DNA of 64,000 nucleotides from an uncultured Chryseobacterium sp. (GTDB taxonomy: Bacteria > Bacteroidota > Bacteroidia > Flavobacteriales_C > GCA-002722245): the NCBI GenBank assembly GCA_964406465.1, contig CAYORT010000002.1, positions 58,414 through 122,413 of the forward strand, given 5' to 3'. Below are positions 8,721 to 18,039 of the stretch, in pieces (position 1 is the first letter of the stretch; each line of letters begins with the position of its first letter). Made by a program: the position numbers and the translations under genes. The notes under the pieces are model-generated. The model was not told the DNA's origin and did no database searches. It saw nothing but the letters and a program-made list of their open reading frames with translations.

Positions 8721-9845
8721 ATGATAAAAAGAGAACTTACAGCTATTGTAAAGAAGAAACTTGGTAAAGGAAAAGCAATTGTTGTTTTGGGTCCGCGACA
8801 AGTAGGTAAAACAACTTTACTACGCGAAATTTGTGAGAACAATAAAACATTTTTGTTTCTAAACGGAGATGATACCAATGTTCAATATCAAATAGAAAAC
8901 GCAAACACGCAGAGTTTAAAGCAAATTATTGGCAAACACACCTTGGTATTTATTGATGAGGCACAACGCATCAAAAACATTGGAATTAAATTGAAATTGA
9001 TAACCGATCAAATGAAAAATGTTCAGTTGTTGGTTAGTGGATCATCGGCTTTAGAACTAGCCAGTGAAATGAACGAACCATTAACAGGTAGAAAATGGGA
9101 GTATCAAATGTTTCCTGTTTCATGGAAAGAATTGCACGAATATCTCGGACACATCGACGCGCATGCCCAATTAGAACAGCGGTTGATTTACGGCATGTAC
9201 CCAGAGGTTATTACACAGCAAGGAAGTGAAAAAGAAGTTTTACAGCAGCTAACTGGTAGTTATTTATACAAAGATTTACTAGCACTAGAAGGTGTTAGAA
9301 AACCCGATCTATTGCCAAAATTATTGCGAGCACTTGCTCTTCAATTGGGTAATGAGGTTTCTTATAATGAGTTAGCAAATCTCTTGCAAGTCGATAAGAA
9401 TACGGTAAACACTTATATCGATCTAATTGAAAAAGCTTTCGTGGTTTTTCGTTTACAGCCATTTAGCAGAAACCTACGCAATGAAATAAGTAGTAGCAGA
9501 AAAATCTATTTTTATGATAATGGTATTCGAAACGCATTAATTGCTAATTTTAATTCATTGGACTTACGCAATGACAAAGGTGTTTTATGGGAAAATTTTT
9601 TAATTAGCGAACGAATGAAAACACTAAATTATAAAGGCATTTGGACTAACACTTATTTTTGGAGAACAAAAACACAACAAGAAATTGATTACCTCGAAGA
9701 ACGTGATGGTGAACTGTATGCTTACGAATTCAAATGGAGTAAACAAAAGGTGAAATTTCCAAAATCGTTCTTAGAAAATTATCAAGTTAAAGTAAGTGAA
9801 GTAATCACAAAAGAAAATTTTGATTTGTTCATAGGTGTGGAATAA
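8721..9845 (+). CDS. AAA+ ATPase (COG1373 / DUF4143 family)
   Basis: Walker A LGPRQVGKTT. Walker B LVFIDEAQ. C-terminal DUF4143-like region. The TTG at 8700 in the ORF track is probably an artefact; ATG 8721 (MIKRELT...) is preferred. Confidence 0.8.
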   Translation: MIKRELTAIVKKKLGKGKAIVVLGPRQVGKTTLLREICENNKTFLFLNGDDTNVQYQIENANTQSLKQIIGKHTLVFIDEAQRIKNIGIKLKLITDQMKNVQLLVSGSSALELASEMNEPLTGRKWEYQMFPVSWKELHEYLGHIDAHAQLEQRLIYGMYPEVITQQGSEKEVLQQLTGSYLYKDLLALEGVRKPDLLPKLLRALALQLGNEVSYNELANLLQVDKNTVNTYIDLIEKAFVVFRLQPFSRNLRNEISSSRKIYFYDNGIRNALIANFNSLDLRNDKGVLWENFLISERMKTLNYKGIWTNTYFWRTKTQQEIDYLEERDGELYAYEFKWSKQKVKFPKSFLENYQVKVSEVITKENFDLFIGVE

Positions 9846-9881
9846 AATAACTCCATCAATCTTCAATACATTTAAGGTGAT

Positions 9882-12800
9882 ATGAACAAAATAATTTTCG
9901 CAAATAACAAAGTATTTTTCGCTTTACTCCTCCTATCACACGTTGCATTCTCTCAAGCCTACAATTTTCGCAACTACTCTGTAAAAGATGGAGTTGCACA
10001 GTCTCAAGTATATAGCCTTCTGCAAGATTCACGAGGCTTTTTATGGATGGGTACCCGCGGTGGTGGTATCACCAAATTTGATGGCATTAACTTTAAGACA
10101 TACAGTGTTCGCGACGGACTCATCAACAACTATGTTTTCAATATCAAGGAAGACGGTGAGCATAATTTATGGATTGGAACCAATGACGGACTCTCGAAAT
10201 TGAATGGTAAAACATTTCAAAACTTCAAACCTAAAAGAAATGGAATGTTTTGGGTGCAAGAAATTGCCATAGATAAACAAAATAGAAAATGGCTGGCTAC
10301 CAATGAGGGAGTTGTTTTGTTTGAGAACGGAAAATTCACCAACATCTCGCAAAAACTTAATTTAAAGAAGGAAATCGTTAATGCCATTCATATAGACAAA
10401 AACGGAGAGGTGTGGTTTGGTACTTCGGGCGGCCTCTTTAAATTTTCTATAGTAAATAATGATTATGTGCTGCAAGGAAAAGGAAGATGGAAAAGCCTAA
10501 TGATCAATTCCATCACTGCCATTAAGGAAGATAAAAATGGAAACATCTATGTAGGCACTTATGGCAATGGTGCATATAAATATGTTAACAAAGAATTTTC
10601 TAGAATCGACTCGAATAGCACACTCAACAAACAAACAGTACTCGATATTTATTTCGATCACCACAACAACATCTGGATAGCCACTTTAAGCAAAGGCTTA
10701 GCAGAATACAACCCAGAAGCAAAATCGCTTGTGTGGCTGGGCGAAAACGAAGGCTTAAGCAACAATCACGTAAGAAGTATCATTCAAGACAACAGTGGAA
10801 ATTTTTGGTTTGGCACATCTGGCGGCGGCGTGTGCAATTACTTTGGAAAACAATTTACTACTTACGATAAATCATCAGGATTAGCAGGAAATTTCATCTA
10901 TAGCATTTATCGCGACAGCAAAAACAAATTATGGATTGGCACTTCCGACAAAGGATTAACCATCCTCGACAGCTCTAAATTCTACACATTCAATAGCGCC
11001 AATGGTTTTGCCGATGTTAAGGTAAAAGCAATGGCAGAAGATGATTTTGGCAATATTTATATAGGCACCGACGGACAAGGAGTGTTTAGATACGACAGCA
11101 CTGGCTTTCATCAGGTGGAAGGTTTGGCTAGAAAATACATTCGTGCCATAGTAAAAGATAAAGACAGCTGCATTTGGATCGCCACCGCAGGAACTGGTTT
11201 GTACAAATTGAATTTAAAAATGGGCTCGCAACGACTTGAAAATTTTAATACAAAATCGGGATTGCTCCACGACAGATTAACCGCCTTACACATAGACAAA
11301 CAAGGTAGATTGTGGTACGGAACAGAAAATGACGGATTTACTTTTCTTCATGCCAAAAGACCAGCCATTACCATAAAAAAAGGATTGCGATCTAACTCGA
11401 TTAGATGCTTCACGGAAGATGAAAATGGTTTTCTGTGGATTGGTACTGCGGGCTCGGGAATTTCTTCCATGCCTTTGTATTATAACAATAATTTCTTGGT
11501 TTCATCATACGATCATGCCAACGGACTCACCTCCTCTAACATTTACTTGCTCACAGTTGACAAACTGAACAACTTGATCGTTGGAACCGAAACCGGATTA
11601 GACTATATCACTTTAGATAAAAACAGAAAACCTATTGAGATAAAACATTACAGCAAAGGCGAAGGATTTACCGGAATAGAAACTTGCGTAAATGCAGTAT
11701 GGAACGACAATGACGGCACGATATGGTTTGGTACCATTAACGGACTCTCGAAATACAATCCGGCCAACAAAATAAAAAATGAATTCGCTCCCATCATTAG
11801 CATTAGCGATGTGAAATTATTTTACGAAAGTATTGTAAACACGAAATACAAAAATTTTGCAGGCGATTGGAATTCGGTAAACTACTTGGAACTACCCTAC
11901 AATCAAAACCACATCAGCTTCGATTTCATGGCCATCAACTTTAGCAATCCCGATGCAGTAAAGTATCAGTGGATGCTAGAAGGATTCGACGAAAACTGTT
12001 CGCCACCTAGCAAAGAACACAGCATAGTATACTCAAATCTTAGCGCCGGCAAATACAAATTCATGGTAAAAGCTTGCAATGAAGATGGCGTTTGGAACAA
12101 AAAACCATTGATCATTTACTTCACCATCGAAGCACCATTTTGGATGAAATGGTGGTTTATTGCCACTGTAGTTTTAGCTATTATTGGCATCTTCTTCATC
12201 ATCGTTAAAATACGCGAGCGAAGAATTACAGCGAAAGCTGAAGAGGAAAGAAAAAAATTACAAATGGAAAAAGATATAGTGGAACTCGAGCAAAAAGCTT
12301 TGCGCTTGCAAATGAATCCGCACTTTATCTTCAACGCCCTCAACTCCATTCAATCGCAAATTGGCACTAACAATGACCAAGCAGCACGCTACTATTTAGC
12401 AAAATTCTCAAGATTGATGCGTCAGATTTTAGACAATTCACGCAACACTTTTATCACTTTAGAAGAGGAAGCGCACACCATTGAAAATTATTTATTGATA
12501 GAGAAATTTTGTAACGGAGATCGCTTCGATTACACCGTAACCATTCAAGATTCGATAGAAAAAGATTATGTTAAAATTCCTCCAATGTTGTTGCAGCCCT
12601 TTGTAGAAAATGCTATTAAACACGGACTCAAACATATCAACGACAAGAGAGGGATGATTCATGTTGATTTCACTGAAAAAGACAACTTGCTTGAATGTTC
12701 TGTAACCGACAACGGCGTTGGTAGAGAGAAAGCTGCTGAAATGAACACCAGCAGCAAAGAAACCTACCACAAGTCAACAGCTCTTTTGGTTACACAAGAG

Positions 12801-12917
12801 CGTTTGGATTTGATGCATGAAAACAATGAAATTAAATCTTTAGAAATTATAGATTTGTACGACGAACAAGGAAATGCTTCAGGGACAAAAGTAGTTGTAA
12901 GAATACCGATTTCGTAA
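9882..12917 (+). CDS. Sensor histidine kinase (LytS/YehU-type) with periplasmic two-component-regulator beta-propeller repeats and a Y_Y_Y domain
   Basis: Signal peptide. Many WIGT..GL propeller repeats. TM helix WWFIATVVLAIIGIFFIIV. His_kinase motif NPHFIFNALNSIQ. HATPase_c region ...DNGVG. Confidence 0.85.
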   Translation: MNKIIFANNKVFFALLLLSHVAFSQAYNFRNYSVKDGVAQSQVYSLLQDSRGFLWMGTRGGGITKFDGINFKTYSVRDGLINNYVFNIKEDGEHNLWIGTNDGLSKLNGKTFQNFKPKRNGMFWVQEIAIDKQNRKWLATNEGVVLFENGKFTNISQKLNLKKEIVNAIHIDKNGEVWFGTSGGLFKFSIVNNDYVLQGKGRWKSLMINSITAIKEDKNGNIYVGTYGNGAYKYVNKEFSRIDSNSTLNKQTVLDIYFDHHNNIWIATLSKGLAEYNPEAKSLVWLGENEGLSNNHVRSIIQDNSGNFWFGTSGGGVCNYFGKQFTTYDKSSGLAGNFIYSIYRDSKNKLWIGTSDKGLTILDSSKFYTFNSANGFADVKVKAMAEDDFGNIYIGTDGQGVFRYDSTGFHQVEGLARKYIRAIVKDKDSCIWIATAGTGLYKLNLKMGSQRLENFNTKSGLLHDRLTALHIDKQGRLWYGTENDGFTFLHAKRPAITIKKGLRSNSIRCFTEDENGFLWIGTAGSGISSMPLYYNNNFLVSSYDHANGLTSSNIYLLTVDKLNNLIVGTETGLDYITLDKNRKPIEIKHYSKGEGFTGIETCVNAVWNDNDGTIWFGTINGLSKYNPANKIKNEFAPIISISDVKLFYESIVNTKYKNFAGDWNSVNYLELPYNQNHISFDFMAINFSNPDAVKYQWMLEGFDENCSPPSKEHSIVYSNLSAGKYKFMVKACNEDGVWNKKPLIIYFTIEAPFWMKWWFIATVVLAIIGIFFIIVKIRERRITAKAEEERKKLQMEKDIVELEQKALRLQMNPHFIFNALNSIQSQIGTNNDQAARYYLAKFSRLMRQILDNSRNTFITLEEEAHTIENYLLIEKFCNGDRFDYTVTIQDSIEKDYVKIPPMLLQPFVENAIKHGLKHINDKRGMIHVDFTEKDNLLECSVTDNGVGREKAAEMNTSSKETYHKSTALLVTQERLDLMHENNEIKSLEIIDLYDEQGNASGTKVVVRIPIS

Positions 12918-13049
12918 TGATAGAAAACAATCCATATATTTCAATTGCTAACTTCCGGGTGCGCACTTCCCTCTTAGAGAAGAGGGGTGCGATTTTGCTT
13001 GCGGGTAAGCAGGGAGATGGATTGCGTAACAACTTAATAAATTAGAATC

Positions 13050-13793
13050 ATGATAAAAGCCATCATCATCGACGACATAGAGCAAGCGCGCGTTACGCTA
13101 AAAAAAGATTTAGAAACTTACGCTGCCGATGTGCAAATCATTGGCGAAGCAAGCGGCGTAATTGAAGGAGCTAAATTGCTCAAAAATACTCAGCCAGATA
13201 TTTTGTTTCTCGACATACAAATGCAAGATGGAAGTGGTTTTGATTTGTTGGATATTTTAAAAGACATTTCTTTCAAAATCATCTTCATCACTGCATCAGA
13301 TGCGCATGCCATCAAAGCGTTTCGTTATGCTGCCATCGATTATTTAATGAAGCCAGTCGACCCCGATGAACTCACTGCTGCCCTAGATAAATTTCGAGCG
13401 CAAAAATTAAATGAAAACGAAAAATACAAATTACTCAACGACTCTTTAAAAAATCATCAAAAACCCAACGAGCGATTGGCTTTGCACACACAAGATAAAA
13501 TCCACATTGTAAACATCAACGATATTTTACGTTGCGAAAGCTCGGTAAACTACACCGAATTCCATTTCAGCGGAGGTAAAAAATTATTGGTAACAAAAAC
13601 TCTAAAAGACTTCGAAGATTTATTAGCCGACCAAGGCTTTTACCGCGTTCACCAATCGCACTTGGTAAACACCAAATACATCAAAGAATTTGTAAAAACA
13701 GATGGTGGATATCTTCTGATGAACGATGGATTTAACGTTCCTGTTTCGGTGAGAAAAAAAGCTGAAGTAATTAAGATGTTAGAAGAACTATAA
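13050..13793 (+). CDS. LytTR-family response regulator (receiver domain plus LytTR DNA-binding domain)
   Basis: Receiver motifs IIDDIE...DILFLDIQM. C-terminal LytTR-like region. It is adjacent to the cognate kinase. Confidence 0.85.
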   Translation: MIKAIIIDDIEQARVTLKKDLETYAADVQIIGEASGVIEGAKLLKNTQPDILFLDIQMQDGSGFDLLDILKDISFKIIFITASDAHAIKAFRYAAIDYLMKPVDPDELTAALDKFRAQKLNENEKYKLLNDSLKNHQKPNERLALHTQDKIHIVNINDILRCESSVNYTEFHFSGGKKLLVTKTLKDFEDLLADQGFYRVHQSHLVNTKYIKEFVKTDGGYLLMNDGFNVPVSVRKKAEVIKMLEEL

Positions 13794-13804
13794 AAACAAA
13801 GAAA

Positions 13805-14662
13805 ATGATTGATTACGACAACAAACACTGGTTTAGATTTTTATTTAAAAGTAGCGGATACCACTTCGATGGTGTATTTTTTAGTTTATTGATATACGGA
13901 GCATTAGTTGGCATTTTAGTTTTTGCGCACTTAAGTTTCGATTTCGATATTTTCCATATCCCCGCATCGTTCCATACGGTGCTAGGTTTGGTGATTGGTT
14001 TACTCTTAGTTTTTAGAACCAACACAGCTTACGAAAGATGGTGGGAAGGAAGAAAACAATTGGGTTCTTTATTAAATACCGCCAGAAATTTAGCAATGAA
14101 ATACAAAGCCTACATAAACCGTGAAGATGATGTTATTTACACCTTACTAGAAGCTTTTCCTTGGACCCTTAAAGAAAATCTAAGATTAAAAGATTACTCA
14201 TCGTTTGCTGAGCATATCACTGCCGACATGATTGCTGCTTTTAACCAGGCTGCACACAAGCCTAATTTTGTTTTAGCCGAGCTAAGCAATAGAACAAATC
14301 AGCTCATGTTGAAAAACAAAATAACGGCCGAACAATTCCTCATTTTAGAAAATAAAATAAGTGAACTCACAGATATTTTAGGTGCTTGCGAAAGAATTAA
14401 AAATACCCCAATTCCTTTCGGCTACGCCATTCATCTAAAAAGAATTTTATTGATTTATCTTCTATCTCTTCCCTTTGCCTTTATTGAAAGTATTGGCTGG
14501 TGGTCGATACCTGTAGCGATGATTGTTTTTTACACCATGATTGGTATCGAATTAATTGCTGAAGAAATTGAAGATCCTTTTGGAACTGATGTGAATGACT
14601 TACCGGTAGACGACTTGGAAGATAAAATTCGCCTGAACGTTGAAGAAATAAAAGAATTTTGA
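13805..14662 (+). CDS. Bestrophin/YneE-family (UPF0187) membrane channel
   Basis: Motif FRTNTAYERWWEGRKQ with TM helices. Length of about 285 aa is typical for the family. Confidence 0.6.
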   Translation: MIDYDNKHWFRFLFKSSGYHFDGVFFSLLIYGALVGILVFAHLSFDFDIFHIPASFHTVLGLVIGLLLVFRTNTAYERWWEGRKQLGSLLNTARNLAMKYKAYINREDDVIYTLLEAFPWTLKENLRLKDYSSFAEHITADMIAAFNQAAHKPNFVLAELSNRTNQLMLKNKITAEQFLILENKISELTDILGACERIKNTPIPFGYAIHLKRILLIYLLSLPFAFIESIGWWSIPVAMIVFYTMIGIELIAEEIEDPFGTDVNDLPVDDLEDKIRLNVEEIKEF

Positions 14663-14755
14663 TTTTTTTCTTCAGGGCTGTAACTTTTGAAATCAACACA
14701 GCTCTTACTGATGTCTTCAGATTCTAAGTCTGAATAATAATATACCCCCTGTGTT

Positions 14756-14789
14756 CCGGAGAGGCGCTCGTCTCTCCGGATTTTTTTTT
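14756..14789 (+). terminator. Rho-independent terminator CCGGAGAGGCGCTCGTCTCTCCGG followed by T9
   Basis: A GC-rich 8-bp stem followed by nine T residues, downstream of the bestrophin-like gene. Confidence 0.8.
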
Positions 14790-14865
14790 GCCTATGTGAC
14801 AAACATCACTGTACATGTTTTTTCATCCATCTAAATTTGAATCGTTAACCAATAAAACAAATGTT

Positions 14866-15069
14866 ATGATTAAGAACATGAGCAATGCAGACAGAATAAT
14901 TAGAATTATCATCTCTGCTATTTTCGCTACACTTTATTTCACAGGCATCACATCTGGAGCCTTAGGAATCACCTTAATAATTGTGGCCACCATCTTCACG
15001 CTAACTTCTTTGATCAATTTTTGTCCGATTTACAAAATCATTGGACTAACTAAATGGGAGAAGAAATAA
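14866..15069 (+). CDS. DUF2892 (YgaP C-terminal-like) small membrane protein
   Basis: Two TM helices and the motif NFCPIYK...G, typical of DUF2892. Internal ATG 14866 is chosen over the ORF-track start 14815. It sits upstream of the rhodanese genes. Confidence 0.55.
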   Translation: MIKNMSNADRIIRIIISAIFATLYFTGITSGALGITLIIVATIFTLTSLINFCPIYKIIGLTKWEKK

Positions 15070-15254
15070 TGATACTTATTAAAACATACGGCTTAACACT
15101 AATAGGTCTTGTAGTGGGTGCTATTGGCGGCTATATCTACTATGCTAAAGTAGGCTGCGAAAGCGGTACCTGTCCTATCACCTCAACTCCATACATCTCC
15201 ACCATTTACGGAGCAATTATGGGAGCATTAACAATAAATATATTCACTAAATAA
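15054..15254 (+). CDS. Small two-TM membrane protein with a CESGTC motif
   Basis: A 66-aa ORF whose two hydrophobic helices flank GCESGTCP. It is co-oriented with DUF2892 and rhodanese. The start may be ATG 15069. Confidence 0.4.
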   Translation: MGEEIMILIKTYGLTLIGLVVGAIGGYIYYAKVGCESGTCPITSTPYISTIYGAIMGALTINIFTK

Positions 15255-15263
15255 ATCATCTTT

Positions 15264-15527
15264 ATGAACACACAAGAAATCATTCAAAAAAAATTAGGAA
15301 CTATTGTAGACGTGAGAACACGAGGCGAGTTTCTGGGCGGACATGTTGAAGGGTCGGTAAATATCCCTCTGAACGAACTACCCGATAAAATTGCGGAATT
15401 GCAAAAATTAAAAGCACCTTTGCTTTTGTGCTGTGCATCGGGAAATAGAAGCGGACAAGCCGAGCGATTTTTAGCACAATACGGCTTAGATGTTAGGAAT
15501 GCTGGGCCGTGGATTAACTGCCTTTAA
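15264..15527 (+). CDS. Single-domain rhodanese (sulfurtransferase)
   Basis: Active-site loop CCASGNRS and motif DVRTRGEFLGGHVEGSVNIP. Confidence 0.85.
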   Translation: MNTQEIIQKKLGTIVDVRTRGEFLGGHVEGSVNIPLNELPDKIAELQKLKAPLLLCCASGNRSGQAERFLAQYGLDVRNAGPWINCL

Positions 15528-15562
15528 CACATTTCAATGATACACCAACTAAATTTTAAAAA

Positions 15563-15877
15563 ATGTTATCAAAAATAAAATCATTACTTGGCCTTGGGCC
15601 ATCTGTAAATTACGCACAACTGGTTAAAGAAGGTGCCATCATTGTTGATGTAAGATCAAAAGGGGAATTCGCTGGTGGTCACATCAAAAAGTCAATCAAC
15701 ATACCTGTAGATAATATCGGTCAGCAATTACACCTCCTTAAAGATAAAAACCAAACCATCATCACTTGCTGTGCTTCGGGCATGAGAAGCAGAATGGCAA
15801 AAGGAATCTTAAAAGCAAAAGGTTATCCAAATGTGCACAATGGAGGAAGTTATATCAGCTTAAACAACAAATTGTAG
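15563..15877 (+). CDS. Single-domain rhodanese (sulfurtransferase), paralog
   Basis: Motifs DVRSKGEFAGGHIKKSINIP and active-site CCASGMRS. Confidence 0.85.
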   Translation: MLSKIKSLLGLGPSVNYAQLVKEGAIIVDVRSKGEFAGGHIKKSINIPVDNIGQQLHLLKDKNQTIITCCASGMRSRMAKGILKAKGYPNVHNGGSYISLNNKL

Positions 15878-15915
15878 TAATCATCGTAGCACAAGAAATC
15901 TTTAAATCAAAAATC

Positions 15916-16350
15916 ATGGAAGCGCATAATTACAACGTAAATCTTACGTGGACAGGTGATCGCAAAGGAACACTTTCTTCACCAGAATTAAATAGCAGTA
16001 TTGAAGTAGCTACACCACCTCAGTTCCCCAAAGGAATAGCCGGCATTTGGTCGCCCGAACACTTCTACACTGCTGCAATAAGTTCTTGTTTAATGACCAC
16101 ATTCTTATCTATTGCAGAGTTCTCGAAATTGGAATTTAAATCTTTTTCTTGTGAAGCAAGTGGTGTTTTAGATACTGTTGAGGGAAAACTATTGATGACT
16201 GAAGTGCACTTGAAACCCACTGTGGTTATAGCCGACGAGAGTTTAAGAGAAAAAGCTGAAAAAATATTACATAAATCTGAAGCAGCTTGCTTAATTTCGA
16301 ACTCAGTTAAGGCGAAAGTCACCATGACTCCAAATATTATTATCGGATAA
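15916..16350 (+). CDS. OsmC/Ohr-family peroxiredoxin-like protein
   Basis: About 145 aa with conserved Cys in ...SSCLMTT... and ...AACLISNS... The internal ATG 15916 is chosen; the ORF-track 5' extension overlaps the rhodanese gene. Confidence 0.7.
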   Translation: MEAHNYNVNLTWTGDRKGTLSSPELNSSIEVATPPQFPKGIAGIWSPEHFYTAAISSCLMTTFLSIAEFSKLEFKSFSCEASGVLDTVEGKLLMTEVHLKPTVVIADESLREKAEKILHKSEAACLISNSVKAKVTMTPNIIIG

Positions 16351-16351
16351 A

Positions 16352-17062
16352 ATGAAAAACATAATTTTAACTCTATTAGCTTCAGCGTTTCTTTTAGCTT
16401 GCGGACAAAACAAAGTAAATTTATTAGGTGCTAACGACTTTGAATCACAAATTAAGAAAGACAGCAGTAGCGCTCAAATAATTGATGTTCGAACTCCCGT
16501 TGAATTTGCCGACGACCATTTAAACAATGCGCAAAACATTGATTACAACAGCGACAAATTTGAAGAAATGGCAAAGAAATTAGACGCTTCAAAACCCACT
16601 TTTGTGTATTGTGCAGGTGGCAAAAGAAGTGCCGATGCTGCCGCTATTTTAGTAAAGTTAGGATTTAAGGATGTGTATGATTTAGACGGCGGATTTCGCG
16701 CTTGGAACAAAGAAGGTAAAGCTACCGCTCTTGGAGCATCGGGTGGGAATAAAGAAATTACCGTTGCCGACTTCAACAAATATGTAGCTTCTAAAAAGTT
16801 GGTACTTGTTGATTTCAATGCACCTTGGTGCGGTCCGTGCCGAATTTTATCTCCAATATTAGATGAAATTGCTGCCGAAAAAATGGGGGTTATCGATATT
16901 TTAAAAATCAATGTTGATGAACAAAAAACCATTGCCAACCATTTTAAAATCGATGGTATTCCAGCTCTTCAACTTTACCAAGATGGCAAAAAAGTGTGGG
17001 AAGGTGTTGGCTTAATGCAAAAAGCACAATTGCTAGAGATCATCGCCGAATTTGAACAGTAG
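16352..17062 (+). CDS. Lipoprotein fusing a rhodanese domain to a thioredoxin domain
   Basis: Lipobox LLACG. Rhodanese motifs IDVRTPVEF and active-site YCAGGKRS. Thioredoxin motif WCGPC. Confidence 0.8.
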   Translation: MKNIILTLLASAFLLACGQNKVNLLGANDFESQIKKDSSSAQIIDVRTPVEFADDHLNNAQNIDYNSDKFEEMAKKLDASKPTFVYCAGGKRSADAAAILVKLGFKDVYDLDGGFRAWNKEGKATALGASGGNKEITVADFNKYVASKKLVLVDFNAPWCGPCRILSPILDEIAAEKMGVIDILKINVDEQKTIANHFKIDGIPALQLYQDGKKVWEGVGLMQKAQLLEIIAEFEQ

Positions 17063-17126
17063 AGTAATTGAAAAATATTTTTAGACTTATCTAAATTTTT
17101 ATTTATCATTGTGAAAACTTTGATAA

Positions 17127-18002
17127 ATGAAAACACTTTTTAGCTCAGCACTATTTCTTTTTCTTCTATCGTCGTATCAAAATCTAAATGCCCAAAACGA
17201 CACCACTATTACCATTCCAAAAGAAGATTTTGAAGAAGTATTGAAATATTACTTTCCTTCTAAAACAAAAAACAACAACGTTGATATTTTTACCGACAGG
17301 CCGCATCAAACTGAAACAGCCGAAATGGTTCCTTACAAACATTTTCAAGTAGAAAGCGGTGTTTCGGTGGAAATTGATCACGATGGCATCACCAGAAATG
17401 AAAATGTATACTACAACTCATTATTGATGAAATATGGTATTGGGAGTGGTATGGATTTGCGTCTTGGCTTCGATTTCCTTAATAACAATGCTTTTCAAGG
17501 AGACTCACTAATCTCTAGAACGAAAGGATTTTCAGGCTTTTCGTTTGGCGGTAAGAAATTCCTATTTCGAGGCACTAAATATTTACCGAAGGTAAGCTTG
17601 ATGACCGAAATCTATTTACCTTACTTTGGCAACAAAGCATTTAAACCAAGCTTTACAGGAGGTACCTTAAGATTATTGTGTGAACATGAACTGGGTGAAA
17701 ACACAGAGCTGGAATACAATTTTGGTCCCGATTGGGGAGGTAATCAAGCGAACGTTAGTTATTTCTATGCTGTATCCTTAACGCAAAAAGTCGCTGGGCC
17801 GCTTTCTATCTACGGTGAAATTTTCGGATTTTTTAATGAAAACAATGACTTAAGCTACACCAACGATTTTCGTTGTGATGCTGGATTTGTTTATTTGCTT
17901 AAAAAGAATTTGCAACTCGATTTAGAAGGAGGAATCACTTTTACTACACCGCAAGTAGGTTACTTTGCCGCGTGTGGTGTTTCATGGAGAATTCCTAATT
18001 AG
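17127..18002 (+). CDS. Outer-membrane beta-barrel protein (transporter/MetA-pathway-like family)
   Basis: Signal peptide and alternating beta-strand pattern with aromatic-rich C-terminal strands. Confidence 0.4.
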   Translation: MKTLFSSALFLFLLSSYQNLNAQNDTTITIPKEDFEEVLKYYFPSKTKNNNVDIFTDRPHQTETAEMVPYKHFQVESGVSVEIDHDGITRNENVYYNSLLMKYGIGSGMDLRLGFDFLNNNAFQGDSLISRTKGFSGFSFGGKKFLFRGTKYLPKVSLMTEIYLPYFGNKAFKPSFTGGTLRLLCEHELGENTELEYNFGPDWGGNQANVSYFYAVSLTQKVAGPLSIYGEIFGFFNENNDLSYTNDFRCDAGFVYLLKKNLQLDLEGGITFTTPQVGYFAACGVSWRIPN

Positions 18003-18039
18003 TTTATATGAAATAAAGCAATATTTTTGTTTTATCATC

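Noticed and set aside
15766-15915. The 5' extension of the OsmC ORF that overlaps the second rhodanese gene, plus similar ORF-track TTG starts at 8700, 17965, 48779, 51218 and 63933
   Set aside because: These are ORF-finder artefacts of taking the furthest upstream start (often TTG). In each case an internal ATG gives a family-consistent N-terminus.
14815-17062. The rhodanese/OsmC cluster considered as a novel phage-defence or toxin-antitoxin system
   Set aside because: All components have established sulfur-transfer or thiol-redox roles. No nuclease, ATPase or toxin-like domain is present.
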